Shown piece by piece: positions 12,401-26,342 of a stretch of DNA of 64,000 nucleotides. The stretch comes from Camelus ferus (lineage: Eukaryota), in assembly GCF_009834535.1 (NCBI RefSeq), contig NC_045697.1:5644001-5708000 (forward strand), in the 5' to 3' direction. Each line of letters begins with the position of its first letter. Position 1 is the stretch's first letter. Below the pieces are notes generated by a model. The model did no database searches. It worked only from the letters and a program-made list of their open reading frames with translations, and was not told where the DNA came from. The position numbers and the translations under genes were made by a program.

Positions 12401-14449
12401 GTGGCCGCGTGAAGAGATGTGTGGTTGTCTGTTGATGTTTCTGTGTTAATCACAGAACAGTAAAGCGCCGTTTGTAGTTCCAGGGCCTCGTCAGTTGATA
12501 CTGAGTAAGCTGAATGGTGATGTAGTTTTTTCTATTTTTTCTTGCTTCCCCCACTTCCTAGTTTTTCTGCACTGATGGTTCATTATAAACATCTTAGAAA
12601 CTGGAAGTCTGTGCTCCTTATTGGCATATTGTGCAGTAATCCTGGGAGTTCAGCCTGCGCCTCTGAGAACTAAGTCAGAGGTCACACTCTCCTAAAGCCA
12701 CACCGAGGAGGCCTTCTCGCACAGGTCCTGGGGGGCGGGGGGCAAGGAGTCTTGTCGTCTTCACGGCTCCCTTTGCTCTGTGGAGCCTGAGGGGGGTATG
12801 GGCGATTGTCCTCTTGCATGTCTGCAACCATCCACTTCCACTGCCAGCCGGGTCCTAGACCCGGGATGGCAGACCCAGCTGCAATCGGAAACTATTGTTG
12901 GTGGAAATGCTGGTTTTATGGAATTCATTTCTATGTAAAACATTAAGAGGCCAGTTTTTCCATTGGCTGCTGAGTCTTCTCAGATGCAGGCTAGTTTATG
13001 TCGGCGGAATGAAGGAATCCCCCCCACCTCCCTCAACAGGCAGGCAAGTCACTGCTTCCCACACCCTCATCTGCCTCTTTCAAGCAGCTGTTCTTTGCAC
13101 ACCTTAAGTGCCCAAGGTGCTCACAATTTGAGTCCCCTGCGTGACATGGTGGTTTAATGTGGTAGAGGGTAGGTTTTTATTTTGTTTTGTTTTAAAATTC
13201 CAAACCCATGGTGCTATTGTTATTAAGCATGGAAAGGGTTAGAGATAAAATGTCGGTCTTTCTACCCACAGCTGTGTAGGGTGGCATCAGTAGGTGTGAG
13301 GCTTTTAGTGATGCTCCAAAGCTGCTGACTGGAAACAGCACAGATATCCCAGGCCTCAGCCCCTCCTCCCTGGCACCGCGGCTTGGGCTGGCTGGGTGGG
13401 CGGCGTGGGGGTGGTGAGGGGAGAGCCTGCGCGGCCGGGACAGCGCTGGGGACTCTCCACGGTTAAGGCTGATGGCGTGAGCAGAAGGGGCTGGATTTCT
13501 GTAGGGCTTGCTGGCAGATTGGCTGGAGCAGTTCAGCAGGAGGCAGCGATGGCTGTGGGGTCTCATTGTCTCATAACCCAGCGTGCACAGTACCCAACCC
13601 AGGAGCCGCAGCCACGGCTCTGAGATGGGATTATCAGGACACGAGAGGCCTCCAGCTCTGGGACATCGTCTCATTCCGCTGCCCTGGCCTCCTTTTTTCC
13701 TTCCCTCACCACTGGGGTTGGTGTTTAAGAAGTCAGTGTTCATCTCACTCAGTGGTGGTCTTGGGCAGTCCCTCTGACTCTGTTCCTTTATTTTAAAATT
13801 GATCTTGTATGACTTGCTTTACCTTTCTTTTGGGAACATAAAGAATAAATGGGGGAAAAAAGAGAGAAACCTTGTTTTTCAAAGTGTATATGACAAAGAA
13901 ATCTTGATGAAGGCACATTTATTTAATGAAATGTAATTCAACTACAGGATAAAAAGAATCACACGATCTCACAGTCATAGATGTTCTCACTTACCATCCC
14001 AATATCTCACACGTGGACAATTTTCAGAGCCCGTAGTGTGTATGTTGACAGCACCACTGTGCTCTGGCACTTTATTTTAGCTCTCATATCCATTTTAACT
14101 TGTTCCATTTCGTTATACTAGGATTCTGTGAGAACCTCCTTTAAAAAAAAATCTTACTTGTTACAGTTAACTCTGCAGATTATTTTACCTGAAAATGAAT
14201 GTTGTTATGTGGTGGGTTTTTTTTTTTTTTCCTGTTTAAAGCTTCAGACATGGAGTTGGGGCAGCTGGACCTGGACTTGGACTGGCATTAGGTTCCATTT
14301 ATTTTTTGTATTTAAATGTACAATTTAAATATGAGAGAGTGAGAGAAAGCGAGCTGTCATCTTCTGTCAGCGTTGGTAGGAGAACACTTCACAAGTTGCC
14401 TTCAGAAATTCCTTCACCGGGCATTCAAGGCCTTCCAGTCTTTGCAGGG

Positions 14450-14655
14450 TACTTGTCATGTGCCAGGGCACTTTTCTGAGCACAAAATAACCCATTTCAT
14501 CGTCATACACCCTATGAGATATGTACTACTATCCCCCCATTTTACAAATGAAGAAACTGAGGCAAAGATAGGGTAAGTCATTTGGGGACAGCCACACAGT
14601 TAGGGACTGTCAGACCCTGTGTTGGATTCATGCAGCTTGAGTCCGAGTCTGCCGT
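14450..14655 (-). mobile_element. MIR SINE (followed by a MER5-like fragment ~14670-14780)
   Basis: cccccattttacaaatgaagaaactgaggca is the reverse-complement MIR core. Confidence 0.8.
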
Positions 14656-17600
14656 CCTGGGCCGCCCACGGTCAGTGGTCCCCACCCCTGCTTGTGCATT
14701 AGAATGATCTGGAGAGCTTGCAAAGGGGGCCAGGGACCAGAGAGAAATTTTACCTGGCCCTACCTGAGACCAATCAAATCCTCCCTCTTCTCCCTTTTCC
14801 AAGGTCCGAGGTCACTCTCTCCCTGTTTTTCTAGCCACCTACCCTTCCTTCCCCTGGTTTCATGACATATGTAGGGTTTTTAATGGCCTTTTGCAGGTGA
14901 GGGCATATAGCTGTATGGTTTGGCTCTGTATGGCAGGGCCCGTGGAGGTAGGGAGGTGCTTCCTACCGGAGGGTGTCAGCCCAGCACCCAGCGCAGCCTG
15001 TCATACACACACAGCACCAGAGTGTTCAGCCGTCAGCGGGTGAGTCAGCACGCGGTTGTCATTCCGCGTCAGGGGAGATCCCATGATGTACGGAGCGAGC
15101 GTAGTTAATTGGGCAGATTTAATTTTACTGATTCTAGCATATCTGAGCCTCAGTTTTCTTACCTATAAAATTGTAAAAGTGATAATATTAAGATGATTGT
15201 GAAGATTAAATGAGATATGTGAAAACATGGAGTATACTCTGTCATGTAGCAGGTAATCAGAAATAAAGGCTAAATTCTTTCTTTGTAAGTTAAGCAAAAA
15301 TGAATTGACACATGAAAAATCCCCCGAAAATATACTATTCAGCTTTCAGTCAAAGGCAAGAAGTCATGGAATTTCTGGAGCTCAAATAGACCTTCAGGAT
15401 CAGGGAGCGCTAAACCCTTCATTTTACAAGTGAGGGAACTGAAGCATAAAGAAGTGACTTGACCACGGGCACGCGGTGAGCCGGCTGCTCTGTGTGTGGA
15501 ATTCTCATTCTCTGCGGGTGCACGAGTAAGTGGCTCATGAATGCTGTCCTCCAACTGTGATTATTACTACCTCTTGCTTCGTAGCATTTGCACTGTCACC
15601 TCCGTGTGCTCTTGTGTACGTTATGTAACTCTCAAGGCCACCGTGCAGGCCTCAAATGTCTGACTCCAGTGTAAGGCTTTGCCTGTAGGATAAAGTCCTG
15701 AAGGAGCCACCATGGGATACAGGGTTAAGGAGGTACACGGAAGAGCACATATTTACCTCGATTTTTTTTTACATAAGAGGGAGAAGAGTTAAACACATAC
15801 AAATAACAAGTGGTTGAAAGCCCACGAACCTCTTTTCCGGTTCCCGTGTTCTCCGTGAAAACGGGGCTCTTTCATATTTCGTAAGTTCTCAGCATGTGTA
15901 AGGTAAAAAGCAGAGGGAAGGGACTGATTCCAGCTGTGCTTCCAACAGAATGTTGATGTTTTGTTTTTACTAAACATCGTTTTGTAAGAGCTTCAAAATG
16001 GCATCATGCGCTGAGATTATTTTTAAACCATTTAAACCAAACATTATTTTCTGTTGATGCTTTGGGTTAGATTTTTTAGATTCCTATCAGTGTTGATTAC
16101 TGTAATTTGGATTAAAAGTGAAAACCAGTTCATTGACACATAATATGTATTGTTTAACCTGGGGACTAACTGCTAGGGAAGTGGCAGCCTGTAGTGAAGA
16201 GGGTAGATGTGTCAGTTTTATAATATCTGAACCCAAACACTTGATTGCCGTCGTCTCCCCTCTATCCCCTGTGGAAACTTTTTTTTTTTCATAGTGGAAT
16301 CGTTTTTGGAACAACAAGGTGAACACACTCCAGTGTCAGATGCAGTGGGAACTGCCTGTTCTCATCATTTATTGTGGTTCCTCATCAGTTTCTGTTGCCT
16401 TTTGCAGCTTTACTGCATATGCCAAGACGTCTTGATTCTCTTAAATGCTTGGGAAAGTTTTCCTTTGTAGGACTGTGAAATTAGCCATGGACAGTGTGGG
16501 GAGGAAATGCCTGTGTCTTTTCCAAAAAGTGGGTTTGCTTAGAGAAGATGATGATAAATGTTTAGCATTCTTAGCAGCGCCTAAACTCATGCAGAGAAAC
16601 ACCTATTTCAGGCCTCTTCAAAGACTTTATCTGAAAGCAGAAACATTTCTAATCTGGACTTGACTTGGGGTTTATAGTATACTGTACGAGCACTTTACGA
16701 ATAGTTCATATTTATTTTTTGACATGATCATCGGTGTCTGTTTCCTGATTCTAAACTAAGCTCTTAACCTTTTTTGGTTTTTAATCTTCTTTTTCAGAAA
16801 AGTCCAAATGGGTTTTTAAAAATATAGTGGAAACAGAATGTGGCTTAACTTTTAACATTATTCGTTATGCAGAGAAAAACCTGAAGCTATAAAATTTAAA
16901 TCTCATGAAAGTTAATCAAATTTGGTAGTGCACAGATTTCATCAAAACCTGAATTTCATAAGCCTTGAAAACTTTGACATTTCAGAAATGTTTGAGGAGT
17001 TTGTCTTGACCACCCCTCAAATACACAGTCTTTCAGACCACTCAGGAGGGAGCGCGCAGAAAAGCGTTGCTGACTCCCCGAGGCTCCCCGAGGCGTCCCT
17101 GACTGGTTTCTAAATTGGAAATAAACTTCTTGGTCACATGGCGATAAGCAGACTTCAGAACGTATCTCTGTTTTAGTGCACGTGGAATAGAAAGTGATAG
17201 TGATCCCAGGAACGGAACTGAGTTACGATGTGTTGATGGACCTTCATACGAAGGCACGGGAAATGATATTTTTAGTTTCCTTATGAAAACAAAGTGAGTT
17301 CTGCTGTGAGTGATCCTTCTAATTGTTAAGTGTTAAATTCTTTCTTTGCTCTCTCTCCTTTTCTGTTCACACTTAGATAATCTGCAAAGACTGAATCCTG
17401 TGTGTTTTACTTTCTTTTCTTACTAAAAGTTTTCAGTGGATGTATTCCCTGAGCAAATCCTTTCCAACAAAGTATTTAACTTTCTATGCACACAAATTCA
17501 CGAGTCAATTAAACATGTTTGATTAATTTATCACAAAGGGTGCCACCTTGAGTAAAAACAATTCTACTCTGTGGAAAGTTCTTTCTGTTCAAAAGAGGGT

Positions 17601-20600
17601 CCTTATTTCTAAGAGCAGAGCTCTGATTTTAATTAAAGAGCGTTTTATGCAGGTTTTTTTTTCCCTAAAGCTTAAGATTAATTTCTATGGTTACTAGGGA
17701 TATAAATCTCTAGATTGCTTTAAAACAAAGATTTTTGTTCAGGAGAGAGCTGACAGCTCCCTTTAAGAGAAGCTATTACTTAATTTTACTTTCCTAAGTT
17801 TAAACACATAAAAATATTTATAATGATACCCCAAAGGCATCATAAAAATGTTAAATAATTGTACTCTAAAATATCTAAAATTACAGGAAATAGACCTCAT
17901 TTTAAAAAATGAACTGGGATTCGTGGCTGGGGAACTGGGGTGTGACATACTTCAAAACCAGAATCTCTTGTCTGGAGCCTTTTTTTTAGTGGTAAAAAAA
18001 ATCTTTTCTGTTGCCAATCATACAAACTTTAAAATATATTCATTCTATTAGGAAATATTTCTTTATAGTTTCATTACCTTTAACGTGTATCACTGTGTGG
18101 ACGTCTTAGATCCCCCTTGAGAGACAAATTCCTGTCTCTAGACTTAAATGGCATCAGTTGGCTTGTGGATTAACTGCATCGCAGTTACCCTTTAGGCTCT
18201 TTTTAATGACTATTTTAAAAATACATAGCCCAGTTTTCTAAGCAGCTTTGAACAAGGGCAGCATAAATAGTTTCCAGTGTTTTACTGACCCAAAGTATAC
18301 TTCCTCTTTCAGTAGATAATGTTAACTGGTAAATTGTTCCCAGGTTAAAGGTTTGTCATAGTTTAATAAATATAGTGCAAAATCTATATATAGTAGGAAT
18401 GCTTAAAGGAAAAATAATCGAACTTTGCGAGTAAAGCAATTAATTCTTACCTTCTTTCCCGCTTTAGTATTGTAGCATCAGTTCTTTTGCCATTTTCATT
18501 TCCTAAAATTTTAATTGGGTCTTGTTTAGTAAAATGTCTTCACTTGATTTGGAAAAGTGAAATTAGATTTATAAAATATTCAGACTGAAGTTTTGAAAGA
18601 AATAGTATTTCGTATGTAATATGAATACTTTTGAGACTAGATATGCTTGTAGTTTAAGACGTGCCTAATCCAGGAATGCTTTGCATTAAATGAGTTTATA
18701 TTTTGAGAGCAAAATTGGGGGAAGAAAACTACTTTCCCTCCCTTTTTTTTTTTTTTTAAGAGACAAAAATTAAGTTGAATGCAGATACTGAAAGTGCTGT
18801 AAGCTGAATGTTTGAGCAACAAAAGTAAACACTGATTATTGCAAATGTATATTTGGACCAATTTACTTTTATCTTTCAAGCGAAACATTTCCCACAGTTT
18901 TTGTGGGTTTTTATTTAAGTTGGGAAAACTTTGGAAGTTTGTGTGAAAGTATAAATATGTTTGGGAAAGTCATGATTAGAGTTTGATAATAAACATGCAA
19001 AAACAAATTGGGAAGCTCTATTAAAGTCAGATGTAACATTTAATAATGTTTTCTCTAAAAAGTCATTTTCAGAGAGAGTGGTGATCTTTGTGGATCTGGA
19101 ATAAAGACTTTGGCTATAATTGAAAGTAAAGATTAAATATGAATTCTTCAACATATATGAAGTTTTGCTTTTTTTTTTTTTTTTTTTAAAGGAACTTAGT
19201 GATTGTTACAGGAATCCTCAAAATGTTCCTCTCCACTTATGGGCACAAAAAACTACATACATATTTCCATTTAAAAAACAAAATACATACTTAGTTGCTA
19301 GGGTAATTTGAACTATTTTTTTTTTAACAAAAGAAGCATTAAATTTTAGCATATAGAGAGATTCCTAATTTTTTGCAAGGAGGAAAAAAATTTTAGTTGG
19401 TTTAATTATCGAAATATATCTCAATATAGAGTATAAATAAAAATAAAAATTTAAAACGTTAATCTAAAATTTGTTTTAAATCTCATTGTCGTTACATTAA
19501 CCTCACAATTGCAAACTGGCATTTTATTTTCACTTACTGTATATCCCAGTTCTTGGAGAAATTTGTCCATTTTTTACCATAATGATACAGTAAGTGTAGA
19601 AAGATATCACTTTATCAGTTATTACATATGGGCACTTCTGAAATAGTAGTCTTGCCAACATTTTATCAGTTACTAATGTTATAGACTTTCTGAAGGATTT
19701 CTTTGAACATAATAAAGTTTTACTTTCCTTTCTTTGACACACTACTAGTATGTCCCTTTAAAGTGTGTATGTTGCAGGGAGCAGTTAGTGTTACATTTTG
19801 ATGACAATTTTATTGCTTACAAATTGATACATGGTTTTAACTGAAACTTGTTGCTAAGAATGGAAAATTTTATATGCGTGGTGTTTCAAATGCTTTACCT
19901 AATGATCTGAAAGACTGTTAAAAGGAACGTAAATTATATACTGGTTTTTTTAAAAAAGGTTTCAACTGAAATATAAAATTCAATATATAGGACAAATATT
20001 TTTGTGTCTAAGTATAAAATGATAAATCTTAAAAGTACGATGAAAAGATATGATTTGATTCTCAAAATCAAGATCTGTTATATACAGCTCAGGATCTAAC
20101 CTTAATTTTTCTAGTTATTATTACATACAGATTTTTCTTGAGCAAATATTGTATTAGGGACTAATTATTTTCTGCTATTATAGACACATAAGTAAGAATC
20201 AATTTTTATCAGGCTAGTCCGCATTTTATAAAACTTAGCAGTTAGCAGTTTGCTACAGTTTCTTTAAATCCTGGAAACCACTAACTTTTATTATTTTTTT
20301 CAAACAAAGAAGTTGTTAGAATGTTTTGTAACTCATTCCTTGAAATCATATTTTTGCCCTTTTTTTCCCACTTTGTTTTATGTCTTATTTACTCCAAAGA
20401 AGGCCATAACGAAGGAAAGGAATCTATATTTTTTGGAGGGCGGGGAGTGATGAAATGAGGCCCCTGGATTTTGCTTGGAATTTGAGCATGTGTATTATTG
20501 CTCAAGGCCGGCATGCTCTGCATTTCATTCCCGCTCACTCCGTTGAAAGATGACTTTGGAGGCAAGGCTATGTATCTCGTTACCAAGCCCTCTTCTCAGA

Positions 20601-21141
20601 GCTTCATGATAAAATGCACGTTGATGGCTTTGATTTTGTTTCTACTAATAAAGGGAAAAAATATGTTTTAATAGAGCAAAGCAACTTATACTTTTGGGGT
20701 TCAAATGTCAAGCAACAGTATCAAGCAGTGTGTTCTGTTGGGTGTAGCTTATCGGCGTCTCTCAAGCAGTGTGGAAGCTGAATGTGTGTTTTCCCTTTGT
20801 ACCGCCCGCAGTTGATTTCGCTCTTCTCTTTGCTGATGTGAAGCAGAAACTGGACAAGGTAACAGTTTTGATGATGAGATTAGAGGTAGCCAGGCTGACT
20901 GTCTCCTGGCTTTTAGAGAACCTTAGAAGCCCAGGGCCACCCCCTCCCCTTGTTTAGATATTACTTGCTCTTTTGAGTTTCAGATTACAGGAGCAATTGA
21001 TCTGCGTGACCTATCTTAAGAACTTTAACTTTGCAGTGGAAACTTAAACCAAATGTATATCCTCGAGAGACAAATCATCTTAAAACCAGGCCGTTGTCAT
21101 TTTGATATACAGGACTGCTCCCGGAGGAACAGCGTGGTAGA

Positions 21142-21160
21142 GAGCACCACCTAGTGGGCG
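21142..21160 (-). promoter_or_regulatory. Candidate CTCF site
   Basis: Minus strand reads CGCCCACTAGGTGGTGCTC, close to the core CCASYAGRKGGCRS, in non-repeat sequence. Motif only. Confidence 0.55.
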
Positions 21161-22164
21161 GGACCTGCATTTGCCGCGCTGAGTAGAAGGTTTAGAGAGC
21201 TGGTCTGTGCTGTTGTAACTCTTGCCCTTGGCTTGCAAATAAGTGAGGTTCCACGTTGTTCCCAGCTCATAATTTCTACCGAGGGCTAGAACCCCAGGAG
21301 AAGGAGACTGGGAGAAGCTGTGATATGTCCGTTTTATTTGTGATTTTCCCGCTTACATAGGTGTATGTGGGGGTCCTTGCCATCTCCACAAACATTTGCT
21401 CCTCATAATTGATATAATTAAAACAAAAAGATCATTTTTTTAAAATGTCAATAGGGCAGCATTCAGTCTGAAGATTTTATGTTTTTGCGTGAATAATAGG
21501 AGACTGCGTTTGGGTAGAACTGTTTGTTGCCACGAACCTTATGCTCTACTGCTGAGCTGTTCGACATACGGGAGGAGGAGCTGCTGCTGGTTATCAGCTG
21601 GGTCATCAGTTGTTGGCTGTCTGTCATGGAGAGTGTGTGCCTTTGGTGTACACTAAAGCATCTGCGGAAACAACGTGAGAAAATGCCAAATTAAAAAAAA
21701 CGTAATACATCATAACCACCAGTTTTAGGTATAGCTGTTCCTTAATGTTTATTTTCAGATCACAACTTCCTAATCAAATCTGTCACTTTTCCAACAGAGA
21801 TCTGTTGAGTTAGGAACCTTGCCAGACTTTGGGAATCTGAAACAAACGTCACATGGTTCTCTTTGGACATATAATTTTTTTAAGTCTTTTAATTTTTGAC
21901 CACAAAAGGGAGTAAACGTATTCCTGAGATGTGGGGTATACTATAGTGGAGTGTAAGTGTGTTTACTTGTTTAGTATTTTCTGCCTTGGATTGGAAGAGT
22001 TTAGAAGACACTTAGCAAATACTTCTGGAGAAGCCGATAAATATGAGTTTGGTGTGTGCGAAGCTGTGGAAGGCCACATGGTAACTCTTCCTTGGTCTGG
22101 TTCTTCAGCTCCAGTTTTACCCTCAGAGAGCGCGAGCTCGGAGGCATGGCCTGAAGAATGTAAG

Positions 22165-22335
22165 GGCACAGGCTTGGAGTCTGTTTTGGAGCATGGACCT
22201 TGGCTTTTCAGCTTGCTAGCTGTGTGACCGTGGGCACATTACTTGACAACTCTGTGCTTTAGTTTCTCTTTTCTCATTTGTTATGAGAACTAAATGAGAT
22301 CATTTATGCACCAGCATGGTAAACACTAAGGACTG
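22165..22335 (+). mobile_element. MIR SINE
   Basis: cttgctagctgtgtgaccgtgggcacattacttgac..ctgtgctttagtttc. Confidence 0.75.
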
Positions 22336-24466
22336 ATGGTGGCGGTAAAGAGTTAGTGGTTGTCTTCCATCTCCCCTTTCCCTCATGTTGTGAAGCAACG
22401 TGTGAGTGGTTATGACAGTCGCTCAGTCTTTCCCCCACACCTGCAGGCCCCAGCGCCCCTGCCACCCCGACCCATCCCTGGTTGGTGTTGCCGGGCAGAC
22501 AAACTCTGCTGATGGCGGCCAGTGGCTGTCTCCAAGTGCTGAGCTGGACAGGCTTCCTTACACACGTGAGATTTAAAGAAAAGCTGCCCTCTGTGTTTGT
22601 GTGCTTGTTTGTTGAATTGTGTTTTGTGATCAGAGGTTCTTAACCTGAGCCAGTGAGCCAAGGGACTGCAGCCCCGCACGGCAGGCAGGAAGTCTCTGTA
22701 TCGGTGGGGATATTCATTTTCTTAGGCGAATAGGTCAGACACATAGCTTTGGTTAGAGTCTCAGAGGCATCTGTGCTCCATAAAAGGGTCAAGAACTTTT
22801 ATCTTTGAAGTTTGTAGTTCTTTCTGGAAGGCCACTCATGACGTTGAAGACATTATAACCCCCTCCTAGAAAATGAAACTCAAATTTGAATTTCACACTA
22901 TTTGTTGTGTAAGATACACATACGTGTTTTTAAGGATCATGAATTTGCGGAACTCAAATAAAAGTGGAGTGTTTCCCCTCTTGTCCCTCTTTTCAAAGTT
23001 CGGAAGGAAAATAAGAGCAAGGAAGGGTTAGGAATACAGGCTCTGGAGTAGACCCTGGTTTCCAGTGCGGCCGGCCACGGGCTAGTGAGACCGTGAGCCA
23101 GTGGGTCAGCCTCTCCCACCTGTACAGGGGGAGTAACGACGGTCCCCACCTCGTGGCTGCGTCGGAGCTGGGGGGACCACGCCCTGTAGCTCTCCTGGTG
23201 TGTAGTGGGAACTACGTTCATGTTTGCCATCACCATTTTTGTTGCGCATTTACTCAACAACATTATGTATGTTCACATTAGTTGCCTATTACAAACTGTC
23301 TTTTATTGTCTATTTACCTATTGATGTGTGAGCAATTATAAATATTTCTAATTTCCTGTAAGCAGACTTTCCAAGGTTGCTTCCAACTATAGACAAGTTT
23401 CCTGAAGTAAGAAAAACCTTAGTAAACGAGGATCCCAAGTACGTGGATCCTTCAAATCATGCTGGGAACTTTGAAGAGTGTGAAAGGAGTGAAAAGAAGC
23501 CAGTAGTGTTTGGTCAGAAGGAACTTTCAAGCTGACTGAACATTAGAAATTCTCTTGAAATTCCTGAGTGGAAGGACCTTCTTGTCTCACCTTTGCAGCG
23601 TGCAGGTGAGCAGTGAGCCCCAGGCCCTTGGCCTGCCTCCAAGTCCCAGTGCGCGTGGCCAGAAGCGGGGTCCTGTCCCTGCCTGGAGCTGACTGGCCAC
23701 ACACCTTCTGCTTGGAAGCCTGCTGTGGCTTACAGAAGAGTGAAGTGGATGTGGGCCCCCTAAGGGCAGTGTGAACGGTGGTCCCCGGGAAGGGGTGTGG
23801 CAGACCATTCCTGGAGGGGGTACCTGCACTGCGGGAAAGGCAGGTGCTGTGAGCCGAGCACAGAGCCCGGAATGGGGAGTGAGGGGGAGCTGTCTGGAGA
23901 CACGTCCCACAGAAACTGACCGGGCAGGAGGTAACTGTGTGTGGGGCTGAAAAGCGAAGCCGGTTTCGCTGGTACCCGTTGTCCAGTCCGCGTGTGCGAG
24001 CCCTGCGGTGAGGGTGAGCTGGGGTTGGGAATTGCTGTCCCCTTCCGTGGTTTTGTTCCCCCAGGGCCCTTCTAGGAAGAGTATCTGCCTCACTGCCTGT
24101 GATTCTAGCGTCTAGGATCAGCATTTTTGCTCTCATCATGGCTCATAAAACTCAAAGCAGCCACTTCCTCTGATGCACAGCTGAGGAAACAGGTCTGTTT
24201 TCCAACTCAGGGGGGAAACGAGCTGTTCTGAACTCTTGGCAGGAGTGTGTGTTGGGATCCAGTGCGGCCTTTCTAGGGGCTGTGCGGACAGGTGTGTGCT
24301 CTTCACCTCAGGCACCGAAGTCAAGCTTGACGTGAGGCCTGGCTCCGCCGTGGAGGTGGCCAGAGCCCAGGAGAGCCCAGAGCACCTGTCCCAGGTCAGC
24401 TCTTTTTAGGAGCTGGTGCTGCTCAGATGGGTTGTTCCCAAGCTGCTGTCGAGAAAGTCTTTTCCA

Positions 24467-26342
24467 AAAATTTGGCAAGGTAGCAGGATACAAGATCAAC
24501 ATACAGAAATCAGTGGTATTTCTTTACACTAACAATGAAATATCAGGAAAGGAAAGAAACAATCCCTTTTACAGTCACATCTCCCAAAATAAAATACTTA
24601 GGAATAAATCTGACCAAGGAAGTGAAAGACTTATAGGCGGAGAACTACAAAACATTGACTAAGGAAATTAAAGATGACTTAAAGACATAGAAAAATATCC
24701 CATGTTCTTGAATTGGAAGAATCAATATTGTTAAAATGGCCATACTACCCAAAGCAATCTATAGATTTAATGCGATCCCTATCAAATTACCCAGGACATT
24801 TTTCACAGAACTAGAACAAATAATCCTAAAATTTATATGGAATCACAGAAGACCCAGAATTGCCAAAGCAATATTGAAGAAAAAGAACGAAGCTGGAGGA
24901 ATAACCCTCTCAGACTTTAGACAATACTACAGAGCTACAGTAATCAAAACTGCATGGTATTGGCATAAAAACAGGCATATGGATCAATGGAACAGAATAG
25001 AGAGCCTAGAAATAAAACCACAGACCTACAGTCAATTAATCTTTGACAAAGGAAGCAAGAATACACAACGAAAAAAGGACAGTCTCTTCAGCAAGTAGTG
25101 TTGGGAAAACTGGACAGCCACATGTAAATCAGTTAAGTTAGAATACTCACACCACACACACAAATAAACTCAAAATGGATCAAAGACTTAAATATAAGAT
25201 AAGACACGATAAACCTCCTAGAAGAAAACATTGGCAAAACATTCTCTGACATAAATCTTCACAGTGTTCTCCTAGGGCAGTCTACCCAGGCAATAGAAAT
25301 AAAAGCAAAAATAAACAAATGGGACCTAACTAAATTTATGAGCTTTTGCACAGCAAAGGAAACAATAAGCAAAAAAAAAAACGACAACCTACAGAATGGG
25401 AGAAAATATTTGCAAATGATGCAACTGACAAAGGTTTAATTTCCAGAATATACAAACAGCTCATATAACAATAATAAAAAGCAAACAACCCAATCCAAAA
25501 ATGGGCAGAAGACCTAAACAAGCAATTCTCCAGTGAAGAAATACAAATAACCAATAGGCACATGAAAAAGTGCTCAATATCACTAATTATCAGAGAAACG
25601 CAAATCAAAACTACAATGAGATATCACCTCACACCAGTCAGAATGGCCATCATTCAAAAGTCCACAAACAATAAATGCTGGAGAGGCTGTGGAGAAAAGG
25701 GAACCCTCCTTCACTGCTGGTGGGAATGTAGTTTAGTGCAGCCATTATGGAAAACAGTATGGAGATTCCTCAAAAAACTAAAAACAGACTTAATCATATG
25801 ATCCAGCAATCCCACTTCTGGGCATATATCCAGAGGGAACTCTAATTTGAAAAGATACACAAACCCCAGTGTTCACAGCAGCACTATTTACAATAGCCAA
25901 GACATAGAAACAACCTAGATGTCCATTGACAGATGGCTGGGTAAAGAAGCTGTGGTATTTGTATACAATGGAATACTACTCAGCCATAAAAAAGAATAAA
26001 ATAATGCCATTTGCAGCAACATGGATGGACTTGGAGATTGTCACTCTAAGTGAAGTAAGCCAGAAAGAGAAAGACAAATACCATATTATATCACTTATGT
26101 GGAATCTAAAAAAAATGATACAAATGAACTTATTCACGAAACAGAAATAGACTCACAGACATAGAAAACAAACTTATGGTAATGGGGGGGCAGGGGTGGG
26201 AAGGGATAAATTGGGAGTTTGAAATTTGCAGTTACTAACTACTACATATAAAATAGATAAACAAGTTTATACTGTAGAGCACAGGGAACTATATTGACAT
26301 CTTGTACTAATCTATAATCAAAAAGAATATGAAAATTTTAAA
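24467..26342 (+). mobile_element. Relatively young 5'-truncated L1 (end of RT, ORF2 C-terminal domain, 3' UTR); ORF2 disrupted
   Basis: ORF pieces [79 protein letters not shown]. Flanked by a near-TSD AAAGTCTTTTCCA (24454-24466) / AAAGGCTTTTCCA (26343-26355). Confidence 0.97.

Noticed and set aside
17074..17093. Tandem CTCCCCGAGG x2
   Set aside because: A simple 10-bp slippage duplication with no array.
23543..24139. Longest ORFs (198 aa and 168 aa, minus strand); also 13192-13743 and 7472-7975
   Set aside because: No recognisable domain; explained by GC-rich stop-poor sequence or antisense L1.
24432..26150. Several ORFs with RT and Cys-rich homology as a host gene
   Set aside because: Fragments of one L1 ORF2 broken by stops and frameshifts.
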